DNA of 64,000 bases from Candidatus Latescibacterota bacterium (lineage in GTDB: Bacteria > Latescibacterota > UBA2968 > UBA8231). The stretch lies in NCBI GenBank assembly GCA_965215195.1, contig CBDCDC010000002.1, positions 4,736,001 to 4,800,000 on the forward strand. The letters run 5' to 3'. Below the pieces are notes generated by a model. The model was given only the letters and a program-made list of their open reading frames with translations, was not told the DNA's origin and did no database searches. Below are positions 37,420 to 46,305 of this stretch, one piece after another. Numbering within the stretch: the stretch's first letter is position 1; the number at the start of each line of letters is the position of its first letter. Position numbers and translations under genes: made by a program.

Positions 37420-39144
37420 TTGAACAAACCCCCGTTGCTCAAGACCGCGTTATTGGCGTTTTCTTGTCTATTGCAGGGACTTGCGCCGGCCCAAGGCTAT
37501 GGGGAGCCGATTGTCATTGGAGGCGGTCTAGGTACTCTAGCGTGGGATGGCCATTATTCCGAGATATCGGTTATCGATTTTGACGCCAATCCCGGCCAAA
37601 TTCAGCCGGCTCAGACAGGTCCCGAAGACAATATCGCCCTGAAGATATTTGAAAGAGGAGGGGCCGTAACATCGCCCAACGCGAGAATAGTACTCGAAAT
37701 ATCCCAGAGTCTTTTGAATGAACAATTGGCGCATATGGTGAGCGGCGATACGACTAGGGCCTTTGAAGTAAAGGGGGGTTCCCCTACAGGCGTCATATTT
37801 AGAATAGATTTGGGCGAGCGCTTGGGGGTCAATCGGATCAAATTTTTCCCTCGGAAGGGGTTTGAAGAGTTTCTCCTGAAAGGCTATGAACTGCTGCTGA
37901 ACGACGGCAGCGAGGAGCAGAAAACCCTAGCCGGGACGCCGGACTTCAAGGTTTTTAGAACCGAGGAACGCAACCTCGAGCCAACTGTTGACCTAGACGT
38001 TCCCCTGCAGTTTGTTCGTTTCATAGAGGTGAAGCAACTGGTGCGCGGAGAGTGGGAGATCGACGAATTTCAAGTCTTTGGTGCGGGTTTTGCCTCTACG
38101 GCATCATATACCTCAAGAGTATTTGCTCAGGAACAGCCCGCTATCTTTGGCGACATAACATGGGCTAGGGGGAGCATCGGCGAACCAACGAAAACGGATG
38201 CCATCCTATTGACTCGGAGTGGCAACACACCAGATCCCAGCGATTCGCTGTCTTGGAGCGCTTGGTCCTCCCCCTATCCTGCCGGAGTGCATACCGCTAT
38301 TGAATCACCAGCTCCGCGTCGTTTTTTTCAATTCCATTTACTCCTTAAGACCAGCGATATTCTAGCGGCGGCGACCGTTGACTCCCTCGCCTTTGAGGTG
38401 TCTCCTGCCCTAGCCGATTCGCTGGTGGGCGAGATATGGCCCCAAAATGCTATGATCGGGCAGAATACCTCCTTTACCTATGCCGTGAGAACCGTCAATA
38501 GCCGCGGCTTCAACCGGCTCGAACTAAAGACTATGGCACCGGTAGATGTAGTGCGCTCCGTGCAAATAGACGGGACCGATGTCGAATGGGAAAAGACGGA
38601 TACAGAGGACGGGGCCCAAATTAGCTTCCCCCGGATTGTGGGAAACCGCACCTTGCGAGTGGTCTTTGAGAACGTGGCTTTGCAGTACAATACTTTTTTT
38701 GCCGGCAGAGTCTCCGATAGCCAACAACCGGACAATCTGTCCCAAGTAGTCACCGAGGGAGATGCAGTCTCTGATTTCGCGGCGCAGGGGGATGACCTTT
38801 CGGTCGAGATCGCGGTGGGCAAAGACCTCATTCATTCCATGAAAGTGACTCCCGTTCCTTTTACTCCCAACGGCGATGGCCTAAATGATGAAGTTTTGGT
38901 GACCTACGACATCGTCAACCTGACAGGTGGTGCTTTGGTTGCGGTGGCGATATACGATCTTGCTGGAAGACGTATAAAGGAGATCTATTCAGGGTTGGCT
39001 CCCAGTAGGAGATACCAAAGGGCTTGGGATGGGACGGCTGAGAGCGGTGCCAAGGTGCTACCCGGAATCTATTTGATGCGAGTGGAAATTGATGCAGATT
39101 CAGGATTCGAGAGTAAGACGAAAATTGTCCCAATAGTCTATTGA
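37420..39144 (+). CDS. Secreted discoidin-like + FlgD-Ig protein (paralog 3)
   Basis: TTG start after GAGGA; IDLGE, WSAWS..SPAPR, PFTPNGDGLND, ends VPIVY. Confidence 0.8.
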   Translation: MNKPPLLKTALLAFSCLLQGLAPAQGYGEPIVIGGGLGTLAWDGHYSEISVIDFDANPGQIQPAQTGPEDNIALKIFERGGAVTSPNARIVLEISQSLLNEQLAHMVSGDTTRAFEVKGGSPTGVIFRIDLGERLGVNRIKFFPRKGFEEFLLKGYELLLNDGSEEQKTLAGTPDFKVFRTEERNLEPTVDLDVPLQFVRFIEVKQLVRGEWEIDEFQVFGAGFASTASYTSRVFAQEQPAIFGDITWARGSIGEPTKTDAILLTRSGNTPDPSDSLSWSAWSSPYPAGVHTAIESPAPRRFFQFHLLLKTSDILAAATVDSLAFEVSPALADSLVGEIWPQNAMIGQNTSFTYAVRTVNSRGFNRLELKTMAPVDVVRSVQIDGTDVEWEKTDTEDGAQISFPRIVGNRTLRVVFENVALQYNTFFAGRVSDSQQPDNLSQVVTEGDAVSDFAAQGDDLSVEIAVGKDLIHSMKVTPVPFTPNGDGLNDEVLVTYDIVNLTGGALVAVAIYDLAGRRIKEIYSGLAPSRRYQRAWDGTAESGAKVLPGIYLMRVEIDADSGFESKTKIVPIVY

Positions 39145-39183
39145 TTATTCCCATTTTTATCTGAAAGCTAGGGTGGAACTATC

Positions 39184-41895
39184 ATGCTGACCTGCCATAT
39201 TTGCAGCAATGTAACGCGCGGTATTAGTCTAGCTACTATAGTTTGCTCCTTACTCTCGTCCACGTTAGCTTTCGACGCCGACGCACAAGCCCAAGATGTC
39301 GATCCGATGCGTATAAAAGGTGTGCGCCGAGGGGCGGAACTCACCTTTGAACCAACTGGATCCGGTGTGCTGTTTGGTGCCTTGGACCCGGCGGTCAAGA
39401 AGTGGTACGTACCGCAAGAACTTTTCCTAGAATACCGCTGGAAACAGTGGGAATACACCAACTACGCTAGGGATCACTACGACCGCTACGTGGATATCAA
39501 TTTAGCTGGGGATTATTTCTACGATATTTACGGTTCCTATATCACTAGGGGATGGTTGCTTTACGACTGGTCCCAGACGCAGCCACAGCAAGGGGGCAGC
39601 AATTTATTCAAGACCGAGAGATTCCAAAACTTTTTCAACAATTTGGTCATTGCCTCCGATCAGAAGGGGCAGCACAACTTGGCCATAACCATAGGCAATG
39701 AGATCCGTTCGACCCTTACCCCAATGACTTTCTCAAAACCAGCCTTGGACGGAATCCAGGTGGACTACCAAGCCGACAAATACCAAGTCACGACAATCCT
39801 TTCTCGGATCTCTGCCCCCGGCGGATCCGGTCCTCGCAACCCTGCGGTCAACCAAACGACTAGCCTGACAACGCTGATGGGTGGGCGGGCCGTGGCCCAA
39901 GTGGGCGATTTCATCAGCATCGGGGCCAACTATGTAAGTGCCCACAATTCCTTTCAACTCTTAGATGCCTTTGAAGGAACCCCCAGAAGTGGTTCGATCA
40001 CTTCTAGTCAAAACGCTGAAAATATCACCCAGCTTTTCGTCCGTCTGACCGACGATTCGCCCGAAGATAAAGAAGGCGGCGCTACCCTCTTCGCTTGGGA
40101 TATGATCATAGAGGCCGACGTCGAAATCATTGATGAAGAGGGGGAACGGGCGTTTAGTCGAGAGGTTGTCCGGGCCAGCGAGGCCGGTCTCAAGCCCTCG
40201 CCTCAGGGCGGCTTTCAGCGCTCGGGTTTCTGGGAAGCCAGCGGTTCTGAGCAGATCGAATTAGTATACGACTTTTCCGAGGGAACCTACACCGGCCCCG
40301 ACCCCTCGGAGATAAGAAAGGTGACTTTTGAACTAGTGGTTGCCAACGACTACAGAATCGAGCTGTCTTCGAACCGCCAGACTAACCGGCAAAACAGCAA
40401 CGTGTTTCTGCTAGCGGCCAGAGCCCAAGAAAACGTCAAAGATGGCTCCAATCTCAGAGTCCTCAAGATCCCGTACGGTTTGCCGACCGCCAGCGAAATT
40501 TTCGGTTTCACTCTGGAGGCGAACAATATTGCGGGTCTTGATTTTTACGGCGAATTCGACCGCAGTAGGAGTTACCGAAAATACCCCAACAGGCAGCATA
40601 CAAAACACCTGTCGGCTTTTGACCAAGGCGATGGCTGGATGTTGAATCTGTCGAGAACCGTCCAGCCATGGTTCTTTTTTGGCGAGGCTTACAGTATGGA
40701 CCACAATTATAATACAAGCGCTATCTTGGCCCGGGGCGAGGTCAACATAGATTACGAGGACCGGACGAGATTCTACTACGAACTCGTCGACGACAACGAC
40801 GATCAGGATCGCTACCCCGATTGGCAGAGGATAAACGAAAGCATCGACTTGAATGTATTCCCCGGCTTGGATGAAAACGTCGATTTTATCTCCGATTTTA
40901 ATCAGAACGACAGCGAAGATCTGCCCAACTTAGTGCCTGACTACAACGAGCCTTTTCTGCGCTATTCTACGGACCGACCCGAGTATCTGTTCGGCATAGA
41001 TATGAACAATAATATATGGGTAGACCGGTTCGAAAACGATGATGAAGCAGATTTTCCCTATGGTCGAGATTTAAGCGGGTACAATTTTTATGCGGGCATC
41101 AACATTACTCCAGAGATGAGGTTGACGATCGGCCGCACCGACGAAAGTCTCATTGCCGGTGATGGAGAAAATACCACCCATTATTTGCTTTTTACCCTAG
41201 AAAAGGACTATCCCGGCCTAGGAAGGGTGAGGATTTTTGAGAATTTTAGACTGGCCAAGGACAATATAGAGAATGACCTCCGCCAGTGGGACGAATTCGA
41301 GCGGCGAAACGTCCCTACCATTGACCCTCTGGCGGCCCGGAATACGTGGATAAATTCGTCCTATATAAGCTTCCGCTATACCAAGCTGAAGAATCTAAAT
41401 CTGATCAACAAGCTGAAATACGACCGCTGGCATCAAAGGGAAAGACAGCCCGACTTGCGACGCGACTTCGTCTTTGTGGGCCTGATCAATAAAGTGGACT
41501 ATGTCCTCAAATTCATTAATCTCGATATCCAGCCCAAAATTAAAAACGAATTGAGGATAGAGTCTCCAGCACTTAAAGCAAATCCCAAACGCAGGGAAGA
41601 CACCCTGATTTTTACTTTACTGGCCCGGTGGCCATTATTTAATAACTCCACGATGCAGGCAGGCGTGGAGTATACCGTTTTCCAGCAGCTCAGAGATGCG
41701 GATACAGCGGTCAAGGAAGGGCTGCTAGACGACTTCAGTGAAATTGTGGGGGCGGCCCAGTTCTCCAATAATTCAAACTACTTGGGCTACAGTTTGACGA
41801 CCCTGATGGGACTCAGGCTGACTAGAAGAGCCATCGACAACGAAACCGAAACGGGCAGAATGGCTTTTGCCACGGTATTTGCCGGCTTGGAGTAA
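39184..41895 (+). CDS. Large exported protein, putative novel outer-membrane beta-barrel with Asp-rich Ca-binding loops
   Basis: Signal peptide, many amphipathic aromatic strands, DDNDDQD / DENVDFISD / DMNNN motifs, terminal FATVFAGLE. Confidence 0.6.
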   Translation: MLTCHICSNVTRGISLATIVCSLLSSTLAFDADAQAQDVDPMRIKGVRRGAELTFEPTGSGVLFGALDPAVKKWYVPQELFLEYRWKQWEYTNYARDHYDRYVDINLAGDYFYDIYGSYITRGWLLYDWSQTQPQQGGSNLFKTERFQNFFNNLVIASDQKGQHNLAITIGNEIRSTLTPMTFSKPALDGIQVDYQADKYQVTTILSRISAPGGSGPRNPAVNQTTSLTTLMGGRAVAQVGDFISIGANYVSAHNSFQLLDAFEGTPRSGSITSSQNAENITQLFVRLTDDSPEDKEGGATLFAWDMIIEADVEIIDEEGERAFSREVVRASEAGLKPSPQGGFQRSGFWEASGSEQIELVYDFSEGTYTGPDPSEIRKVTFELVVANDYRIELSSNRQTNRQNSNVFLLAARAQENVKDGSNLRVLKIPYGLPTASEIFGFTLEANNIAGLDFYGEFDRSRSYRKYPNRQHTKHLSAFDQGDGWMLNLSRTVQPWFFFGEAYSMDHNYNTSAILARGEVNIDYEDRTRFYYELVDDNDDQDRYPDWQRINESIDLNVFPGLDENVDFISDFNQNDSEDLPNLVPDYNEPFLRYSTDRPEYLFGIDMNNNIWVDRFENDDEADFPYGRDLSGYNFYAGINITPEMRLTIGRTDESLIAGDGENTTHYLLFTLEKDYPGLGRVRIFENFRLAKDNIENDLRQWDEFERRNVPTIDPLAARNTWINSSYISFRYTKLKNLNLINKLKYDRWHQRERQPDLRRDFVFVGLINKVDYVLKFINLDIQPKIKNELRIESPALKANPKRREDTLIFTLLARWPLFNNSTMQAGVEYTVFQQLRDADTAVKEGLLDDFSEIVGAAQFSNNSNYLGYSLTTLMGLRLTRRAIDNETETGRMAFATVFAGLE

Positions 41896-41934
41896 TCTAC
41901 CCGTGCGCAGGAATGCAGAGGAGATATGAGCTAA

Positions 41935-43596
41935 ATGCCAAGGGAAATGACTGTATTTTGGCTTTTACCACTCGTGCTTTTTACCGTGCTCATGGGGTGC
42001 ACAGTGGAAATGGGAGACCGGGTCGTTGCTCAGATAGGTGATGAGGGGATAACGGTTGGCCAGTTGCGGAAATTTATCGCTGGCCTCCCCGAAGATGCCA
42101 AGGCCGAGCACACTAGGGTAGAAGAAGCGAGGAATCATTTGAACACCATGATCAACATCGAACTACTGATCATGGAGGCGAAGGCGGCCGATCTCGACGA
42201 AAGCCCTGAATTTCTCGCCCGGCTGGCAAACGCCCGGCGAGAAAAGTTAATCAGCATTTTCCAAGATAGAGCGCTGGAAGTAGAGGAGGAAGTGGAGGAG
42301 AGCGAAGTGCGGGAATACGCTGAACGCATGGGGCTCACTAGAGCGGTCAGGTTGGCCGATATAATGCTCCCCAGCCGAGAAAATGCCTTGGCCGCCCTCC
42401 GCGAACTCAAAAATGGGGTGCCTTTTGGGCAAGTCGCCAAGAAATGGTCCATAAACAAAAAAACCGCGGCCCAAGGTGGGGACTTGGGCCGCTATACCAC
42501 CCGAGAAAACATGATCGCGCCCCTTCAGGACAAGCTGTTTTCCCTCGCCTTGGGCGAAATCACCGAGCCCATAAAAATCGGTGGGCGCTATTCGATTTTC
42601 ACGGCCATCGCCGATTCTACCATCGAACTCAGTCCCCAGAGGAAACTGGCGATCGAAATGGGACTAAAAAAGGAGAAAAAGCAGCGGGCGCAATCAATTT
42701 TAGTCGCTGAACTCAAGGAAAAATACCACCTCGAATTGGATCGGGAGGGCCTCGCGCTCATTGCCGAAAAAGTGCGTGGCGGTACATCTTTTGCCCCGGA
42801 GACTGAGCGCAATATAGTGCTCTATCGGTACGACGGCGGAGAAATAACTGCTCAAGACTTGACAGAAGCTGGTCGCGATGCCCTAGCCCAACTTAGCGAC
42901 TCCAGCCAAGTGATCGCTTTTGCCGAGCGCCATGTCGTACCCAATGCAATGCTCTTGGAAGCGGCCCTGCGCACTGGCATAGACGAGGAAGCAGAGACGG
43001 TTGAGTGGTTGGAAAATCAGGCAACGCAACTTTTGATAAGGGCCCTCAGGGCGCAAGTCCTAAGAGCTAAAGTGACCATCGCTGAAAACGAGTTGCGCCA
43101 GTTTTACGAGGTCCATGCGGCAAGGTATCTGCACCCCGAGCAAATCGAAGTACAGGAGATTTTGGTAGAGACGGAGGCCGAGGCCCTGAGGTTGATGGAG
43201 CAGATCCAAAAGGGGAGCCCATTAGGCGATTTGGCCAAGAAGTACTCTATCCGGTCGCTAGCGGATCGGGATGAAGAGGGCCGATTCCACTTCCACCTTT
43301 TTGAAAAGGCCTTTTTTGGTGGTTTTGTAGAAGTCGCCGAAAAAGCCGAGATAGGAGCACTCACCGGTCCGGCCAAGGTCAATGAAGGTTATTCTATATT
43401 TAAGGTGCTTTCTAGGGAACGCAAGCGGGAGACTTTTGCGGAGGCCGAGTGGAGAGTCCGCTCCCAACTTAAAAGAGAAAAAAACAGAAAGGCCTTCAAT
43501 CAATTTATCGAAGAAGTGCGGAATAAATACGCAGCGAAAGTGGTTATTCGGGAGGATAACCTCAACGCCGCTTTCGGGGGGAATGAGGGCCCATAG
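41935..43596 (+). CDS. Lipoprotein peptidyl-prolyl isomerase with two parvulin domains (SurA/PrsA-like)
   Basis: LMGC lipobox, F.QVAKKWS..GGDLG, LAKKYS, GP.K...GYSIFKV. Confidence 0.85.
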   Translation: MPREMTVFWLLPLVLFTVLMGCTVEMGDRVVAQIGDEGITVGQLRKFIAGLPEDAKAEHTRVEEARNHLNTMINIELLIMEAKAADLDESPEFLARLANARREKLISIFQDRALEVEEEVEESEVREYAERMGLTRAVRLADIMLPSRENALAALRELKNGVPFGQVAKKWSINKKTAAQGGDLGRYTTRENMIAPLQDKLFSLALGEITEPIKIGGRYSIFTAIADSTIELSPQRKLAIEMGLKKEKKQRAQSILVAELKEKYHLELDREGLALIAEKVRGGTSFAPETERNIVLYRYDGGEITAQDLTEAGRDALAQLSDSSQVIAFAERHVVPNAMLLEAALRTGIDEEAETVEWLENQATQLLIRALRAQVLRAKVTIAENELRQFYEVHAARYLHPEQIEVQEILVETEAEALRLMEQIQKGSPLGDLAKKYSIRSLADRDEEGRFHFHLFEKAFFGGFVEVAEKAEIGALTGPAKVNEGYSIFKVLSRERKRETFAEAEWRVRSQLKREKNRKAFNQFIEEVRNKYAAKVVIREDNLNAAFGGNEGP

Positions 43597-43599
43597 GTT

Positions 43600-45291
43600 C
43601 TATTCTGCGTAGATGTTGGTCCCCATCTCCACAAAGGCGTAGGGGCCGTTTTGGCGGACTACCAGCAGCTTATTGGCCGGTGCCGATGGCACTGCCTGAC
43701 GAATGCCGTCGGGCCAAGCGATCTCCACTTCATCTGCCCTTTCCGCCCCACCTAGACCGAAGAAAATACGCATATCATTGTAGGAGAGATAGCTGGAAGC
43801 GCCGTTAGCCGTGCGCCACTGGAGTCGGCCGCCGGCCAGCAAACGGATCTTCGCACCGACGGCGTCGCGATTGGGGCCACGGCCCAGAAGTTGGACTACG
43901 AGCCAGTTGTTGGCGGGGGCAAAATCGTTGCGCAACAGAGTTGCTGCCTCATCTAAATTGACGACGAAAATGTCCATATCGCCGTCGTTGTCGTAGTCGC
44001 CGAAACTGGCACCGCGGCTGACTCGTTTAAGGTCCATTCCCGGGCCAGCCGCAGCCCCTATATCGATTAGACGGTCGCAACCTTCGTTGCGGATCAACTG
44101 GTTGCGCTGGGGATAGAAAGTGCTCGCAATAGTGCTAGCCACCTGCGGATAAACATGGCCGTTAGCGACGAATAGATCCAAGTCGCCGTCCCTGTCATAG
44201 TCGAAGAATTGGGTGCCCCACCCCAGCATCCCAAGCGTGGGTTCTTCTAGACCGATCTGGGCCGTTATATCTTTGAAATGGCCCTGCCCGTCGTTGCGGT
44301 AGAAGGTATTACTCTCGCGAAAAAAATGGGTTATATAGAGGTCGAGGTCACCGTCGGCGTCATAGTCCCCACCGCTGACCCCCATACCCGCCTCTTCTTC
44401 GCCGTATTCGTTATACGCGATGCCTGCTTTGAGGCCAATTTCGCTAAAGGTGCCATCGCGATTGTTGTCGAAGAGCACATTGGGGGTTGCGTCATTGGCC
44501 ACGAAGAGATCGGTGTCGCCATCGTTGTCGAAGTCTTCGGGCAGTACACCCAACCCATAATAGCGGTTGGCCCAAGAGATACCCGAGGGACGAGTGACGT
44601 CGGTGAAGGTATTGTCTCCGTTGTTGCGGTATAACAGGTCGGCAGCTCCAGGTAGGCCCTGGGGACCGCAGAAGATGTCGATTCCCTCGTAGGTGCAGAC
44701 CTTAGCCGGAGGGGAGTCAAAATCGTAGACGAGATAGTTGGCGACGTATAGGTCGAGATCGCCATCGCCATCGTAATCAAAAAAAGCGGCGCTGGAGCTA
44801 TAATCGTTCCCTGCTACCCCAGCGGAAATATCCACAAAGGTTCCGTTACCGCGGTTGCGGTAGAGGATATTGGGACCATAATTGGTCACGTAAAGATCGC
44901 GGTACCCATCGCCATCAATGTCGCCCACGGTGCAGCCCATGCCCCAACTGCGATCCCCGACGCCGGCTGGCAAGGCCACATTAGCAAAGGTGCCGTTACC
45001 TCGGTTGCGGTAGAGGACATTGCCCGGGCCGGATTTTTGGCGGTAGGTATTGACCGTAGCGCCGTTGACCGCGTATAGGTCGAGATCGCCATCGTTATCG
45101 TAGTCAAAAAAAGCAGCGCCGCCGCCGGAGGTTTCGACAATGTGCTTTTTCTCAGGTCCGCCAGCCACGTATTGGAAGGCGATGTGCGCCGCCGCCGTCT
45201 GGTCGGTGAATTGGGGTAGGACCGATTTCGGCAGCAGCACGGCCAGCACCAAGGCACAGGCAAGGGTCCGGTGCTGATAAAAAAAATCCAT
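43600..45291 (-). CDS. CRTAC1-family protein (FG-GAP repeats, ASPIC/UnbV)
   Basis: DYDNDGDLD repeats, SRGASFGD, NRDAVGA, FFGLG; start re-assigned to ATG 45291. Confidence 0.9.
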   Translation of the reverse strand: MDFFYQHRTLACALVLAVLLPKSVLPQFTDQTAAAHIAFQYVAGGPEKKHIVETSGGGAAFFDYDNDGDLDLYAVNGATVNTYRQKSGPGNVLYRNRGNGTFANVALPAGVGDRSWGMGCTVGDIDGDGYRDLYVTNYGPNILYRNRGNGTFVDISAGVAGNDYSSSAAFFDYDGDGDLDLYVANYLVYDFDSPPAKVCTYEGIDIFCGPQGLPGAADLLYRNNGDNTFTDVTRPSGISWANRYYGLGVLPEDFDNDGDTDLFVANDATPNVLFDNNRDGTFSEIGLKAGIAYNEYGEEEAGMGVSGGDYDADGDLDLYITHFFRESNTFYRNDGQGHFKDITAQIGLEEPTLGMLGWGTQFFDYDRDGDLDLFVANGHVYPQVASTIASTFYPQRNQLIRNEGCDRLIDIGAAAGPGMDLKRVSRGASFGDYDNDGDMDIFVVNLDEAATLLRNDFAPANNWLVVQLLGRGPNRDAVGAKIRLLAGGRLQWRTANGASSYLSYNDMRIFFGLGGAERADEVEIAWPDGIRQAVPSAPANKLLVVRQNGPYAFVEMGTNIYAE

Positions 45292-45435
45292 ACACTCATC
45301 GCTGTAGAGGTGAACTAAGTAGATAATGGCCGCAATTATAGAAATTACCCTTTGCTGCGGCAAGGCCGGGGATCTTTGCGGCTTTTTTGCTAAAAAGTCA
45401 TATACGCTCGCCATTCATGGGTCCAGAGGTGCGGA

Positions 45436-46230
45436 ATGAGGCAGATTCTTGCCGCCCTAATGATGGGCATCACGTGCGCGGCCACAGGGCGATCTGAGAA
45501 CACTGTTGTGGAACTTCGCGCCGGAGCTGCGATGGAATTTGTGTGGATCGAGCGAGGTACTTTTCTGATGGGATCGCCGGCCTCAGCCTCCACACGCGGT
45601 GAAGACGAAGGCCCACAGCACGAGGTCTCGATAAGCAAGGGATTCTACTTGGGTAAATTTGAGATTACCCAGGCCCAATGGGTCGCGGTGATGGGGACAG
45701 CGCCGTGGACCCGGCGCAAGTACGTCCAAGCTGAACCGAATCACCCGGCCGTCTACATCTCGTGGATCGATATGCAGGAATTTCTCCGCCGCTTGAACGA
45801 AGCCGCCGACGGGAATTTGTACCGCCTGCCCACCGAAGCCGAGTGGGAATACGCCTGCCGGGCAGGGACCACGACGAGCCGTTCCTTCGCGGACGACGAA
45901 AGCCAGTTGGGCGAGTATGCGTGGTACATAGGGAACGTGGGTGAAGCGGGGGGGAAATTTGCCCAGCCGGTGGGTTCAAAGCAGCCGAATCCGTGGGGTC
46001 TGTACGATATGCACGGCAATGTATGGGAGTGGGTGCAAGATTGGTACAGCAACGCCTATTCAAGTGCCAAACAGATAGATCCTACAGGTGCTGCTTCGGG
46101 CTCTACCCGCGTTATGCGCGGAGGCGGCTTTGTCAACTACGCCCGCAACGTGCGATCAGCCAAACGCTTCAGCTTTGATCCGTCGCTCCGCTACTGTGCT
46201 ATTGGAGCACGCCTAGTAATGACAAAATGA
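45436..46230 (+). CDS. Formylglycine-generating-enzyme (SUMF1/FGE) fold protein, exported
   Basis: FLMGS, RLPTEAEWEYACRAG, NPWGLYDMHGNVWEW, RGG; catalytic Cys pair not seen. Confidence 0.92.
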   Translation: MRQILAALMMGITCAATGRSENTVVELRAGAAMEFVWIERGTFLMGSPASASTRGEDEGPQHEVSISKGFYLGKFEITQAQWVAVMGTAPWTRRKYVQAEPNHPAVYISWIDMQEFLRRLNEAADGNLYRLPTEAEWEYACRAGTTTSRSFADDESQLGEYAWYIGNVGEAGGKFAQPVGSKQPNPWGLYDMHGNVWEWVQDWYSNAYSSAKQIDPTGAASGSTRVMRGGGFVNYARNVRSAKRFSFDPSLRYCAIGARLVMTK

Positions 46231-46305
46231 ACGGCCTCTCTTTGTCATTCAAACGGCTTATCCATTAGTTAAAATACGACATATAATAGCCCATAGAGAT
46301 GAACA

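Noticed and set aside
45436-46230. FGE/C-type-lectin fold as a diversity-generating retroelement target
   Set aside because: No reverse transcriptase and no second copy of the 3' region (template repeat) seen in the window
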